A stretch of 64,000 nucleotides of DNA, taken from positions 22,413 through 86,412 of IMG/VR virus record IMGVR_UViG_3300032242_001644. The stretch is one strand, 5' to 3'. The stretch's first letter is position 1, and every line of letters begins with the position of its first letter. The notes beneath the pieces are model-generated. The model made no database searches. It worked only from the letters and a program-made list of their open reading frames with translations, and was not told the DNA's origin. Made by a program: the position numbers and the translations under genes. The stretch is from a virus. Shown here piece after piece: positions 16,500-27,920 of this stretch.

Positions 16500-19400
16500 G
16501 CCTGCGCTTCGCCCCAACGTAGAATAACGTTAACTGGGGTATTTGAGCCGCTGACCTTGTACACGTTAATGGCCAATACGTCTGGACCATTAGGGAATGT
16601 ACCGCGTCCACCAATTGCGGTTGATGTCATTTCTTTCAATCCTGATAAGTCTAGCGTATCAGTATTGCCTGGGTTACTAACGAATGAGAAGACTTGCTCA
16701 CCCGGCAATGCATATGCTGATCCAAACTGGAATACTGGCGTTGCACCTGCTGCAATAGTTGCATTGGATGTTTGTGTAAATGTCACACGATAAACAGTTG
16801 TTGCACCAAACGTTCTTGTTGCGGTTGCAGCTACGGATGTACCAGCTGGGAACTGTGTATAGTTAGTTGCAATTTTAGTTCCAAGGTTGGCACCGCTTGA
16901 TGTCCAAGATGCACTGGTAAAGAACAAGTAGTTGGTAATTACATAGTTGGCTGCAGAACCTGCTGCTGTCACTGTAACAGTTTGGTCGTTGCTCGCACCT
17001 GATGCACTAGTGGCGTTTGCCGCAGCACTCATAACAACTCTTGTATAACTTGTACCGCCAATGTTAATATAACTTGGAGTAATTGTTTGAATTGTTTGAG
17101 ATCCAGTTATATAAGTTGCCAAAGATAACGAATCACTAGTTGCAATACCGCTTGATGCATATTGTGTATCAGTGATTAAGAAATCAGTTCTAGCAGTATT
17201 TAATGCACTTCCGTATGTTGATGTTGCCGCTGAAGTAGCAGTGATTGTAATATTATTTCCAGATCCTGCTGTAGATGTATTATTTGCAGGACCGCTCATA
17301 ATAACCTGTGCATATGACACGCCACTAATTGTAGTAAAGTTAGAAACAACGCTTGAGATTGTATGAACTGTTGTAATAAATGTTGCCACTGATAGACTAT
17401 CAGTAACTGATATTGTTATACTGGATAACTGCGATTGCGTTATTAAGAAATCTGTTCTTGACGCACTTAACGCTGTATTATAACGAGCAGCCACTGAACT
17501 TGTTATTGATGCAGTAAGATTTTGTGCTCCATTTGACACTGCGGCCGGACTTGTTCCATTTGCTACCGCAGACATAACAATACGAGTATACGGGATACCA
17601 GCTAGTGTAATATAGCTGTTAGTAATAGATACAATAGTTTGTCCACCAACTACATAACCGGGTATGTTAATACCATCTCCAGTTGATAACGGGGTAGTAA
17701 GGCCGGAAATTATTGAATTAGCAACTAGAAAATCTGACCTTGCAGTACTAACAGCACTGTTATATACTGGACTTGTAGAGGCTGCAAAACTAGCCGCTGT
17801 AATTGTTTGCACTACTGGATTAAATGATATCGCAGTCAATGATGCAGTAATTGGTGCAAAACTCTTGGCTGTTAGCGTGGTTGTAAATGCGCCTTGTACT
17901 ATGGCTGTTGCTGTTGATACATTACCGCCCCATGTTACACTACCGCCGGATGCAACTTGAGCAAAACTTGGCTGTCCACCAGCACCTAACGAGTTCAATC
18001 CAGTCCAGGTGATCAATGTAGGATCAGTTGGATAGTTAATTGGATTCAAAATACCTTGAACAATAATTGCGCCGCCGCCTGACACTGTGTCAGATGTAAT
18101 GGAAATACCCGATAACAATAATTGCGCACGATTTAGCAATTCTCTTACACCCAAGTCACCAGTTTGTGCGTTTGATACACTGGGTGCTAGACGAATTAAG
18201 AAAGCAGTATTAGTGCTAGTACTGGCGCTAACTCCGGTCGCTGCGTAGTTAAAAATGTATCCACGATCGCTGTCAAACTGACCGTCAATCATGTATGCAC
18301 TACCCCAGTGACTGATTAACGGAGTAATTGTATTACTGATTAGGATAACACCAGCATTTACATTATGACTTGCTGCGGGACTTCCTGTAAATGTTCGTTG
18401 GGCACCTGCTGCAAACTGTGATAGACTAGAACCGCGTGAACAACCAACTAGGCTAGTACCGTTGTTTGCTGTATATGAAATTAATTCACTGTCAACAACT
18501 ACTGTTCCTGCAGGTGGAAAGTAGTATGCATTAGTTAGTGGCAATACTGTGTCTGATGCGGTGATCGCTGCGGATAATTTATCTTTTGCACCTTCGTTGA
18601 TAACTTCGTAGCGAACTGGTTGGTTACCTGAACGCATGTAAGCCTCGATGTTGTAGTTGCTGTTACGGAAACGATGCACGAATACATAATTACCGTCGGA
18701 TCCTCTAAGCATAAAATCAATAAATCCAGCACCATACCACGTGTGTTGGATACCAATCATCTGCATTTTAGTAACATCGATATTATAACCACTATCACCT
18801 CGGCCGTCTGCTGTGTCTCTATTCCAATAGGCCTGCGGCACTATTAGATCGTTAGTTTTGGCCATTTTGGCAGAAGTTAAATCAATAGTTCCTCGATAGT
18901 CAGGACTAACTGTTAGACTTGTGTTGCTGTTAATTTGTGTTACCACATGACTCATACCGCGAATAACAACTCTATCACCTGCGGCAAGTTGTTCTGTAAA
19001 TCTTGTACCAGTACCGGTGACTTGGTTTGAGTTTGCAGCAAGTGCAATAGATCCAGCTACTTGAAATGTACTTGAACGTTTTACAACGGCTAATTTTTGT
19101 CCGTCGTATTGCCAGAACATACCGTTTTGGTCGTCAAAAATACCTGCACGAACTGTTGAACCGTGCCATGATCTAACACTTATAACACAAGGATTACCAA
19201 TAGATGCTGTGGTAGCGCCCAGAGTTTGTTGTGCAATTATTGTTAAAATACGTTCGGTTAAAATACTAAACACAGTATAGTTACCGTTGTATCCCGATGT
19301 AATTACACCGCTGATGCTAATTCCGCCGTTAACTTGACAGCCGTGATCAACGTCGTCTAGAACAACAGTTATAACACTACCTACGCCCGTTCCCGAAGAA

Positions 19401-22024
19401 GTGATACTTGCAATGTTATAACTAGGTGCAAATAATGCACCAGTGTTATACATAACACCTTTACCCGATTGATACCGAATATACTTCTTACTCATACGGA
19501 TTGCAGTTGCACCGTGTGTTGGGCCACCAGTTCCTAACATAACACCGCCGTCGAACGGTCTGTGAATAAAGAAACTGTCTGGTCTACCGTAAACGTATCC
19601 AGTTAACGTATTATTGATTGTACCAGCTGCTCTGGCAGTGTACAAGAATGTGTTAGATGCAGGCACTTGTTCAACAAAGAACGGACCTGCTGCTAGTTGT
19701 GCTCCTGTGTCCGAACTGGTAATTTGAATTGTAACAGTATTACCTGGTACAAATCCGTGTGGTGCTGGAAAGGTAACTTGGATAGTTGAAATTGCACTAT
19801 AGGTGATTCCAGTATTGGCATTGGCTATTTGTGCTGTGGTATTTGCATTTAATGTAAATGCACTGATAAAATTAATTGTTCCTGCTGTGATAGGGGTTCC
19901 AGTTATTGAAACAGACTGTATTAATCCGCCTGTGGAAATTGCAGAAATTTGAATAGTGGCATCGTTATTTCCGTCTACAATTGTAACAACATCATTCTGC
20001 GCATACCCTCTACCTGAAGCAACAATAGTTACAGTATCAATTACGCCGCCTGTTGTTGCAATAGCAACTGTTAGGCCAGTACCTAGACCAACGTTGGTTG
20101 TGGTAAATGTACCATCAACGTAACCTGTGCCTGGTACTAAGGAAGCAGAGCTAAGTGATAGTACAGAATTTAATGCACTGGCTGCGGTAACAATTATTGA
20201 TGCATCGTTTGTTGTACTTGCTCCACCCAACAGTGTTCCTGCGGCCGTTAGGGTATTTCCTGAAACATAACCAGTTCCTGGGTTTACAATTTGTGCAGTG
20301 TAGGCAGTTCCATTTCTTAATATGTTAAAAACTGAATTACTACCGTTGCCGCCTGTCGGTGCAACATTTGAATATGTTTGTGTACTACCAGTAATTGTAG
20401 TGGCTAATGAACCGCTTAACGAAACAGTGCTACCAACAACGCTGGTTACTAGCAATGATTGTCCGTCACCTCGGTCAATTACCAAACCTGGACTAATAGA
20501 AGCTGTATTGTCAATCGTAATTGAGTTGGCACCGGATGTTGCTGTTACAGTCAATGTAGTACTGGCCACGGTTCCGCCTGAACCAGTTACTGCTGTGATC
20601 TGTGTTCCTGCAGCAATGCCTGTTCCAGTCAACGGTGCGCCCACAGGAGGTGCACTTCCGCTAAATCCAATAAAGTTTGTACCAGATGCTGAAATCAAAC
20701 TAGTGGTAATAGTTCCAGATGCTCCTGCTGAGTATACGGAAAAATTAGGAATACCAACGCTGGCGCCTGTATAATATGCACCAGTTCTTAACTGAGTATA
20801 GTTTGTACTAAGTACATCACCGTTGTTTGTACCTACCTTGGACTTGGCATAGTAGGTAAATTGAGTAGCAGAAACAACAGAGTTAACTAAAAAACTTCCT
20901 TCTGCACGACTGAATCCTGATACCGAAACAGCCAATGCTTTAATAGTAAATGGTTGATTAACTGTAAAATTATGAGCATTTTGTGTTGTGACTGTGATTA
21001 AACTAGATCCAGACCCACTAGTTCCTGACGATGCATCTGTAACTACGTTAATAACTGGTTGATCACTGTTTGGAATTTCATAGATTGATGGATAATTTCT
21101 CATCAATGCAATTGTTTGCCACTTGGTTGGCTGTAGTCCGTATTCAAAGTCAGCGTCAAGCATACTTTGTGGAATACCAACTTTCATACGTTCCATTGCG
21201 TCACTGGCAATTGGATTTAATTTAACAACCTGTGCAGGTCCTTCAACAAATACCTGAAGAGTATCTGACAACATCATGCCGCTAGTGTCAAAATCAAAAT
21301 AGATTGTTGTTACTTTATCAGCACCGTATAATGCACCAGGAAAATCACTGTCATAACTTTCGCTGGTAGTAAGTTCAATAGGATATGCAGGGTCTGCAAA
21401 ATTATAAATGATTGTATTTTTAGTAGTGTTTGTTATTAACAATACATCTTCTTGGTGGTACATTCCCGGAATTTTTACATAACCACGATTTGTTGATACT
21501 GCAGGGATCGTTGTTGTTCCACTTGTTGCACTGTTAACAATAATGCCAGATAGGGTGCTTAGTGCTGCTCCGACGCCGGTTTCTGCCACATATCCGTTGT
21601 TGATTACTTGAGATACTGTGCTTTGTAGATAGCTAAATGCTGTATTAGATAAAATATAATTTTTTATTAAATTATTAATATAATTGTATGTTGCTGCTTC
21701 TGGTGCTGGAGATACCAGTTCGACACCATATTGCCAGAATTTAGTAGCATTGGTAGTGGTCAACATGTTTGAACCATGACGCAAATCACTGATGTATCCG
21801 TCAATTATTCCGCTAATCTCTTTTCTTAATAATCCAAGATCGTAAACATAATTTGCATAAGGTTGCACACTAAATGATACGTTACGTTGAATAAATGCAA
21901 TTGCTTCTTCTTGTACAAACTTTTTGTTTGCATTAATTAAGAATCTTGCGTTAGGATATAAACTTGTTGTAGGTGCCGCTGTTCCGGGTACAAATTTATA
22001 AGTTGATATCTGCTTCTTTGCCAT
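16496..22024 (-). CDS. Large virion structural / fibre protein (1842 aa)
   Basis: T/S/G-rich beta repeats with globular segments (DADFEYGLQPTKW, YQSGKG, WYGAG, HWGSA); fibre-cluster context. Confidence 0.75.
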   Translation of the reverse strand: MAKKQISTYKFVPGTAAPTTSLYPNARFLINANKKFVQEEAIAFIQRNVSFSVQPYANYVYDLGLLRKEISGIIDGYISDLRHGSNMLTTTNATKFWQYGVELVSPAPEAATYNYINNLIKNYILSNTAFSYLQSTVSQVINNGYVAETGVGAALSTLSGIIVNSATSGTTTIPAVSTNRGYVKIPGMYHQEDVLLITNTTKNTIIYNFADPAYPIELTTSESYDSDFPGALYGADKVTTIYFDFDTSGMMLSDTLQVFVEGPAQVVKLNPIASDAMERMKVGIPQSMLDADFEYGLQPTKWQTIALMRNYPSIYEIPNSDQPVINVVTDASSGTSGSGSSLITVTTQNAHNFTVNQPFTIKALAVSVSGFSRAEGSFLVNSVVSATQFTYYAKSKVGTNNGDVLSTNYTQLRTGAYYTGASVGIPNFSVYSAGASGTITTSLISASGTNFIGFSGSAPPVGAPLTGTGIAAGTQITAVTGSGGTVASTTLTVTATSGANSITIDNTASISPGLVIDRGDGQSLLVTSVVGSTVSLSGSLATTITGSTQTYSNVAPTGGNGSNSVFNILRNGTAYTAQIVNPGTGYVSGNTLTAAGTLLGGASTTNDASIIVTAASALNSVLSLSSASLVPGTGYVDGTFTTTNVGLGTGLTVAIATTGGVIDTVTIVASGRGYAQNDVVTIVDGNNDATIQISAISTGGLIQSVSITGTPITAGTINFISAFTLNANTTAQIANANTGITYSAISTIQVTFPAPHGFVPGNTVTIQITSSDTGAQLAAGPFFVEQVPASNTFLYTARAAGTINNTLTGYVYGRPDSFFIHRPFDGGVMLGTGGPTHGATAIRMSKKYIRYQSGKGVMYNTGALFAPSYNIASITSSGTGVGSVITVVLDDVDHGCQVNGGISISGVITSGYNGNYTVFSILTERILTIIAQQTLGATTASIGNPCVISVRSWHGSTVRAGIFDDQNGMFWQYDGQKLAVVKRSSTFQVAGSIALAANSNQVTGTGTRFTEQLAAGDRVVIRGMSHVVTQINSNTSLTVSPDYRGTIDLTSAKMAKTNDLIVPQAYWNRDTADGRGDSGYNIDVTKMQMIGIQHTWYGAGFIDFMLRGSDGNYVFVHRFRNSNYNIEAYMRSGNQPVRYEVINEGAKDKLSAAITASDTVLPLTNAYYFPPAGTVVVDSELISYTANNGTSLVGCSRGSSLSQFAAGAQRTFTGSPAASHNVNAGVILISNTITPLISHWGSAYMIDGQFDSDRGYIFNYAATGVSASTSTNTAFLIRLAPSVSNAQTGDLGVRELLNRAQLLLSGISITSDTVSGGGAIIVQGILNPINYPTDPTLITWTGLNSLGAGGQPSFAQVASGGSVTWGGNVSTATAIVQGAFTTTLTAKSFAPITASLTAISFNPVVQTITAASFAASTSPVYNSAVSTARSDFLVANSIISGLTTPLSTGDGINIPGYVVGGQTIVSITNSYITLAGIPYTRIVMSAVANGTSPAAVSNGAQNLTASITSSVAARYNTALSASRTDFLITQSQLSSITISVTDSLSVATFITTVHTISSVVSNFTTISGVSYAQVIMSGPANNTSTAGSGNNITITATSAATSTYGSALNTARTDFLITDTQYASSGIATSDSLSLATYITGSQTIQTITPSYINIGGTSYTRVVMSAAANATSASGASNDQTVTVTAAGSAANYVITNYLFFTSASWTSSGANLGTKIATNYTQFPAGTSVAATATRTFGATTVYRVTFTQTSNATIAAGATPVFQFGSAYALPGEQVFSFVSNPGNTDTLDLSGLKEMTSTAIGGRGTFPNGPDVLAINVYKVSGSNTPVNVILRWGEAQA

Positions 22025-22052
22025 TTAAATCTCCATGAGTTTCTGTTTACTA

Positions 22053-22655
22053 TTAACCTAATGCTACACTTAAGGCAATCGTTAATAGTTTAATATTTGA
22101 ACCGCCAACTGTTAATGTTCCGGCCACTGTGGTATTTCCTGCAACACTAACGTTGCCGCCTAGTGCTGTATCATTGCTGGTTGTCAATGAGGTAAAATTG
22201 CCAGCAGCAGGATTTATAGTTCCTATGGCAATGTTATCAATTGTTCCTTCGTTGGTTGGATTAAAAGCAAGATCTCCAGATACACTTAATGTTGTAAATG
22301 TTCCTGAACCGGGTGTTGTTGAACCAATGTTTACTTTGTCTATTGTTCCCACAACTGAAGAAGAATTAATTATAACTCTTCCTGATAACGTTGTAGTTCC
22401 AGATACTGTTAATCCGGATAAGGTTCCTAAGCTGGTTAAACTGCTGTTTGTAACAGTTGAACCTAGAGAGTTAGTACTAATTAGTAGAGTATTGCCGCTT
22501 GATATAGATCCGGTTGACAGTGATAGTGTTCCGCCCAGCGTAAAATTATTAGTTAAACTGAGGTTACCGTTTGCATCAACAATAAATCCTGGGCTAACAA
22601 AGCCCGTAGCGGATCTTAACGGGTCTATTGTAAACGGACTAACTAAATTTGCCAT
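22053..22655 (-). CDS. Short fibre-like protein with hydrophobic C-terminal peptide
   Basis: SSLTSLGTLSGLTV and GTID...IG...P..G.FT.L repeats; ends LTIALSVALG. TATAAATA at 22684-22677. Confidence 0.75.
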   Translation of the reverse strand: MANLVSPFTIDPLRSATGFVSPGFIVDANGNLSLTNNFTLGGTLSLSTGSISSGNTLLISTNSLGSTVTNSSLTSLGTLSGLTVSGTTTLSGRVIINSSSVVGTIDKVNIGSTTPGSGTFTTLSVSGDLAFNPTNEGTIDNIAIGTINPAAGNFTSLTTSNDTALGGNVSVAGNTTVAGTLTVGGSNIKLLTIALSVALG

Positions 22656-22712
22656 ATTGATCTTCCTTATTAATTGTATTTATACGTTAGGTGTGTATGC
22701 TAATTTGTTAAT

Positions 22713-23177
22713 TTAAAAGTTTTTAATGTCAATTGCATCAATCGCTTCATGTGTTGTACATGCCAATACCTCAGCTTCTAACGCATTACTAGCGTCTCGT
22801 ATTGCTTGTCTAGTTTGTAACACCTCTAGCGTTTTAGAAGTTGTATTTTCCAGCTGATCCTGCTCTCTAGCTCTTTCTAGTTTCCAGTCTAATGCCATTA
22901 TCTTTTCGGCGGCTTTATTCTTAATCTGCGGGATTTTTGATTCTTTGTGTTTTTGCAAAGAATCCGCTTCTTTATCTGCATTGTATTTTGCAACCTGCTG
23001 GGCCAGTGTTTTTCCCGGCATAGTATGTACAACTACGCCGTTGATCAATTTTAATGTGGCCAATAATTCTTTTGTCGGATCGTATGGATATGCGTAACAG
23101 GTGGTGTGTGCCTCTGTTTCATTATCAAAATAATTAGTAGCTTCGTTGGTCAGTGTATCAAATGTGAGATATTTCAT
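22713..23177 (-). CDS. Probable tail fibre assembly chaperone
   Basis: Helical C-terminus RQAIRDASNALEAEVLACTTHEAIDAIDI; follows the candidate receptor-binding genes. Confidence 0.55.
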   Translation of the reverse strand: MKYLTFDTLTNEATNYFDNETEAHTTCYAYPYDPTKELLATLKLINGVVVHTMPGKTLAQQVAKYNADKEADSLQKHKESKIPQIKNKAAEKIMALDWKLERAREQDQLENTTSKTLEVLQTRQAIRDASNALEAEVLACTTHEAIDAIDIKNF

Positions 23178-23189
23178 AATTGTCCTGTT

Positions 23190-24593
23190 TTATAAATCAT
23201 TAAATGGTTTTGTATCATACATCAATGGTACAATACATGGGTAGTCTGTGCTGTTGTAATTACTACCAATAATTTGAGTAGCTTGAGTTCGTACTATATT
23301 TGCTCTTGCAGCATCAGCAGTTGTATTCATTAACCAATCACTGGCTATATGTTGAAAATAAAGTCCCGATCCGCCGTCTGCGTTCTCCCCATTTTGGCAC
23401 ATAAAATCGCTTTTGCCAATTGGCGTAAACTGATATCCTCGACTGTTAGGATGCTCAAAGTCATAGATGGTCTTGCCATCGCTCACACGTATCAATGCAC
23501 AATATACACCAGCTTGGTAATAGTAGCTGGCACAGTATGCGAGTACGTATCTACCATCAGAGCTAACCACAAATCTAATACCGTAATATACACCTTGGTC
23601 AATACCATAACTAGTTGTATTGCTTGAACTTATGATTCCACCTTCAGCTAGTCCAGTTGTCCCCCAACGATGTACCCAGAATCCGTAACTAGGAATCATC
23701 TGTACAAACACAATTTTACCGTTGTCGCACATAACCGGAACACCTCGGTAGTTGTCTTCCGTTCCTCCACTGTTAGTTGGAACTCCGGTGCTTGCCGCAT
23801 ACGTAGTACTATAATTACCCACTGTATTAAAATATGTATAAAGATTACTCGAAGTGGCTTGAGTAAATGCTGCTGCTTGTTCTATTGTTCCGTAAAATTC
23901 TCTGTTTGAATATTGACTTAGACGAGGAACACTACTATAAACTACCGGTTTGTGAACATAGCTACCATTACTTTCAATAATGCATAACTGATTTGTTTTG
24001 GCATTGTAGCTAACACGGCCGTATCTAGTGTTAGCATATCCTGTATTTTTTGTAGTAACAGTGGCGTATCCTTCACCTACGTTGAATCGCTGCATGCCGT
24101 ACCAGGTTGCACTTCTTGGTCCAATAGAAATGCTGGTACCGTTATTAAAAATAGCATATACTTGGTCTGACTCATTAACAATTGTACCCACATCTCTAAA
24201 GGCTTGAGCACGGTATGATAATTCTGTACTCTGTCTAACAAGATCGCCAGCAAATCCCGAACCCATTGCATGACTCATGTTACCTAAAAATCCTGCACTC
24301 GGTGCACCTTGACTAAAACAATCACTGGTGCTACCTGGCAAGCCAGCAGTGTATGCATATCTGCTGGCATAGTATCCGTCACTACTAATTGCGCCTGTAC
24401 TGGTCATCTGTGCTCCGCCACCACCTCGATTAGTGTTGGTAATCATAAATCTGCCTATGCAATTATAATTATGATCGTATATAGAATAGCCCCCATAACT
24501 GCCGCCGTTATTAGACCAAACTGCAAAAGCAGCCTGTAAGTATGCATTGCTTGGTGTATAATTTGTTAGTGTATTGCCCAGTAAAGTTGGCAT
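23190..24593 (-). CDS. Putative receptor-binding / fibre-tip protein, paralog A
   Basis: 467 aa, Y/N/G/S-rich beta protein, colinear with 24616..26025. Confidence 0.6.
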   Translation of the reverse strand: MPTLLGNTLTNYTPSNAYLQAAFAVWSNNGGSYGGYSIYDHNYNCIGRFMITNTNRGGGGAQMTSTGAISSDGYYASRYAYTAGLPGSTSDCFSQGAPSAGFLGNMSHAMGSGFAGDLVRQSTELSYRAQAFRDVGTIVNESDQVYAIFNNGTSISIGPRSATWYGMQRFNVGEGYATVTTKNTGYANTRYGRVSYNAKTNQLCIIESNGSYVHKPVVYSSVPRLSQYSNREFYGTIEQAAAFTQATSSNLYTYFNTVGNYSTTYAASTGVPTNSGGTEDNYRGVPVMCDNGKIVFVQMIPSYGFWVHRWGTTGLAEGGIISSSNTTSYGIDQGVYYGIRFVVSSDGRYVLAYCASYYYQAGVYCALIRVSDGKTIYDFEHPNSRGYQFTPIGKSDFMCQNGENADGGSGLYFQHIASDWLMNTTADAARANIVRTQATQIIGSNYNSTDYPCIVPLMYDTKPFNDL

Positions 24594-24615
24594 TTATTGA
24601 TTCCTTGAATTTATA

Positions 24616-26025
24616 TTATGCATTAACATTGAACAATGCAGTGTCATACTGTACAGATGTAAACATTGGATAATCTGTTGAGTAAAAATTAGATTGCATA
24701 AATCCAGGAACATAACTTCTGCACATGTTTGTCTGAGCAAGATCTGCGTTTTCATTCATCAATGCATCACTCAAAATACTTTGATGATGTATTCCAGCAC
24801 TGCTGTCAGCGTTGACGTTTTGCAACATCACAAAATCACTCTTGCCTATGGGAGTATAAAAAAATCCGTAACTTGTATCGTTATTTTCATCCCATATAGT
24901 TTTGCCGTCACTTACTCGTACCAAGAACACTTTGGTTCCTGCGCCGTAATAATAGTAAGGACAATGCACTAATACATATCTGCCATCCGATGATACTTGA
25001 TGTCTAATACCGTATCGTAAACCCTGTGCTACTCCCTGAGTGGTAGTAAGTGATCTATTGATTAATGCTCCAGTGTGTGTGCCGTCTGAATTCCACCGAC
25101 TCATCCAAATACGATTGTTTGGAATCATCTGTATCCAAACAATTTTATCGTTATCACACATAACTGGAATACCTCGATAATTGTCTTCTCCACTATCATT
25201 GGCAGGTTTGCCAGTGGCTGCTGCATATGTTGTAACATAATTATTAGAGTTATTAAAAAATGTATACAATGGCCCACTAGTACCAGCAGCGTATGCGGTA
25301 GTCTGCTCCGTAACTCCCCTAAACAGTGACGGTGCATAATATCTCAAGCTAGGTACAGAACTATATACTGTAGGTCGAGCACCGTAAGAATCATTAACTT
25401 CTATAATACAAACTTTTTTAGTTTTTGCATTGTAACTGATGCGGCCTTGAATACTATTCATGTTATACCCGCTTTGTTTAGCAGTAATTGTAGTATAATT
25501 CTGAGTGTTAACAACTCGCTGATGCACATACCAATTCATACTGCGTTGACCAATACGAAGGTATCCGCTGGTTGACATAAAGATTGCATAGTCTTGATTT
25601 GTTTCGTTTACAATAACTCCGCTTTCTGCAAGGCCGGCAGCACGATTTTCATATCCTGATGATCCCATAATGTCTCCAGCACCATTTGATCCCATGGTGA
25701 ATCCAATTGACAATAAGCAGTTGCCAAGGTAACCGTTATATTGAGGCTGTCCGTAGGTTGCATTAGCTGCCGGAACATCAGCTGATGTTTGTGTGTATGC
25801 ACTGCCAGCATATGTATCAGTAAATTCGTTCGCGCCAGTAGACGACATTGCGCCGCCACCGTTAACGTTGCTGTTATTCAACATAAATCGGCCCATGCAG
25901 TGGAAGTTGTGATCATATACGGACCAACCACCTTGGCTACCATTGTTGCTCCAGCAGGCAAATGCAGGCTGCTTATATGCCTGGCCCGGAACATTTCCGC
26001 CTACAAAATTAGATAATAATGCCAT
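24616..26025 (-). CDS. Putative receptor-binding / fibre-tip protein, paralog B
   Basis: 469 aa; shares WSNNG, YDHN, SYNAKT, EDNYRG.PVMCDN, SSDGRYVL, TPIGKSDF and STDYP with paralog A. Confidence 0.6.
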   Translation of the reverse strand: MALLSNFVGGNVPGQAYKQPAFACWSNNGSQGGWSVYDHNFHCMGRFMLNNSNVNGGGAMSSTGANEFTDTYAGSAYTQTSADVPAANATYGQPQYNGYLGNCLLSIGFTMGSNGAGDIMGSSGYENRAAGLAESGVIVNETNQDYAIFMSTSGYLRIGQRSMNWYVHQRVVNTQNYTTITAKQSGYNMNSIQGRISYNAKTKKVCIIEVNDSYGARPTVYSSVPSLRYYAPSLFRGVTEQTTAYAAGTSGPLYTFFNNSNNYVTTYAAATGKPANDSGEDNYRGIPVMCDNDKIVWIQMIPNNRIWMSRWNSDGTHTGALINRSLTTTQGVAQGLRYGIRHQVSSDGRYVLVHCPYYYYGAGTKVFLVRVSDGKTIWDENNDTSYGFFYTPIGKSDFVMLQNVNADSSAGIHHQSILSDALMNENADLAQTNMCRSYVPGFMQSNFYSTDYPMFTSVQYDTALFNVNA

Positions 26026-26034
26026 TTATTTCCC

Positions 26035-27831
26035 TTATACTAGTTTCCAACCGTAAGTTGCACCCGAATAAACCAGTGCTACACTTACATTTTTTATGTT
26101 TAAAATTAAATCTTCTGCTAGTCCCATGATCAAACTAGAGTTCCTTGCAACGGTTAAATTGTTACGATCAAATGTTCCAGCTAGATCAGCAATATACACA
26201 ATTGCATTTGTTGCAGGAGACGCTGGTAACGCTATTGTAAAAGGTGCCGTTGCAGTATTGGCAAAATATTTTGTACCTGCTGTTGCAGTTATTGCTGTTG
26301 CAATGGTAGTCCAAGCGCCGCCGCCGGAGGCATCAACATAGGCTTTTGTTGCCGCGTCTGAATCAGCAGAAGGAGTTGCAAGGCTTGTAATTTTAAAATT
26401 ATTCATATTAACATTGCCACCAAAACTGCCTGTTCCACTTGCACTCAATGTGGTAAATGCGCCGGCAGACGGTGTTGCAATGCCTATGGGTAAATTTATA
26501 GAGCCTGTTGCTGAATTAATTGCAGTAAGTAGTGCATCAGTTGATATAGATCCAGACAGGCCAGCAAATGAAGTAACTCCGGTATTTGTTATTAACAAAT
26601 TATCACCGTATGTAGCATGATTGTCTTCTACAACAACACTAACACCCGTACCTGATCTAAATTTAAAAGAACTAGTTGCAGTGTTTGCTGCGGTACTAGC
26701 ACCAAAACTATCTGTAAAACCCGAATAAGCATTTACAGTAGAATTTGTTGAAATGGTTATTCTTCCGTTGGCTACTGAAGTAACAATTCCTGTTCCGCCT
26801 GCTATACGCAGATTAAACCCTGTAAGAGATAGTTCGTCATCAGTTGTAAGTGTTGGCGCTCTGCCAGTTACAGTTAGCTGATTGGTTGCCGGATTTGTGG
26901 TCAGTGTTATGCCAGTTCCGCCTACAAGATTTAATACAGATGAGTTTGAAACACTAGTATTCAACGCAGTTTGTCCTGTTACTGCAACAGAATTAAACGC
27001 TTGATTGGCAAATGTAACTTGTTTGTTTATAGCATCAGTTGTTATTAGGATACCGTTGTTGCCTATTAGTCGAATCGTATCTCCGGGTAATGTTGCTTTA
27101 ACAGTGAGCTGACCAGGTGCTTCAATTGATTTAAAATTTTGTGTTGATTGAATAATACTGATAGTATTTGCCGGCTCCGATGGCATTGTGGTAAACACTA
27201 GCTGTTGAAGAGTTGCTGCACTAACCGAGGCAGCAGTTACCCAACCAATTACTAAAATACCAGTTGATGAATTCCAAGAAGTGACTGTGGATATCGACGG
27301 CAAGTTGCTATTTGAAACTAGTTGGCCTATTAAGATAGTTCCAGTTAATTTGTCTAATGGCACAGTTATAGTCAATGCAGTAACATTGGTCACCGCGGAC
27401 CACGATGTACTATTAGCAGTTGCTGGCGCATTTAATGGCACCAGTGCTATGGTTGATCTGGCATAATTACCAAAGAAGCTGACAATACTGCCTTGCACTT
27501 CTAAACTTGCTGGTTCAACAATTAACTGGGCGTAAGAGTTTGTGGCATCTGATCTAATGTTTATCAGCGGTCGGGTTAAATTAGTTCTACCATAGATTGT
27601 TATGGCTGTTTGTCCCGGCATTGCTACCAATGTAGCATGAATAGTTTCTCTTTCGTTTTTTCCAAACTCTACATTAATGATATATTCGACAGATACAAAA
27701 TCACCCACGGGCCAACGATCAATTGCTGTACTAGTATAAATTGCCACACCGGTACTGTGATATGCTAGATTCGTACCTCTATTCAGTACTAATGTTGAAT
27801 TTGTACCTTTTGTAAAAAATGATGTTGACAT
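26035..27831 (-). CDS. Tail fibre-like protein
   Basis: GG.GI...T repeats, fibre motif P.ADSDAATKAYVD, and a C-terminal FTIALPASP...YGWKLV domain. CTAAATA at 27854-27848. Confidence 0.75.
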   Translation of the reverse strand: MSTSFFTKGTNSTLVLNRGTNLAYHSTGVAIYTSTAIDRWPVGDFVSVEYIINVEFGKNERETIHATLVAMPGQTAITIYGRTNLTRPLINIRSDATNSYAQLIVEPASLEVQGSIVSFFGNYARSTIALVPLNAPATANSTSWSAVTNVTALTITVPLDKLTGTILIGQLVSNSNLPSISTVTSWNSSTGILVIGWVTAASVSAATLQQLVFTTMPSEPANTISIIQSTQNFKSIEAPGQLTVKATLPGDTIRLIGNNGILITTDAINKQVTFANQAFNSVAVTGQTALNTSVSNSSVLNLVGGTGITLTTNPATNQLTVTGRAPTLTTDDELSLTGFNLRIAGGTGIVTSVANGRITISTNSTVNAYSGFTDSFGASTAANTATSSFKFRSGTGVSVVVEDNHATYGDNLLITNTGVTSFAGLSGSISTDALLTAINSATGSINLPIGIATPSAGAFTTLSASGTGSFGGNVNMNNFKITSLATPSADSDAATKAYVDASGGGAWTTIATAITATAGTKYFANTATAPFTIALPASPATNAIVYIADLAGTFDRNNLTVARNSSLIMGLAEDLILNIKNVSVALVYSGATYGWKLV

Positions 27832-27920
27832 TTATGATCCTTTTTAGTATTTAGTTGAAAACTACCAGATCTATACTGCCTAACGATTTACACTGATAAT
27901 TAAAATAAGAAGAGGTTTAT

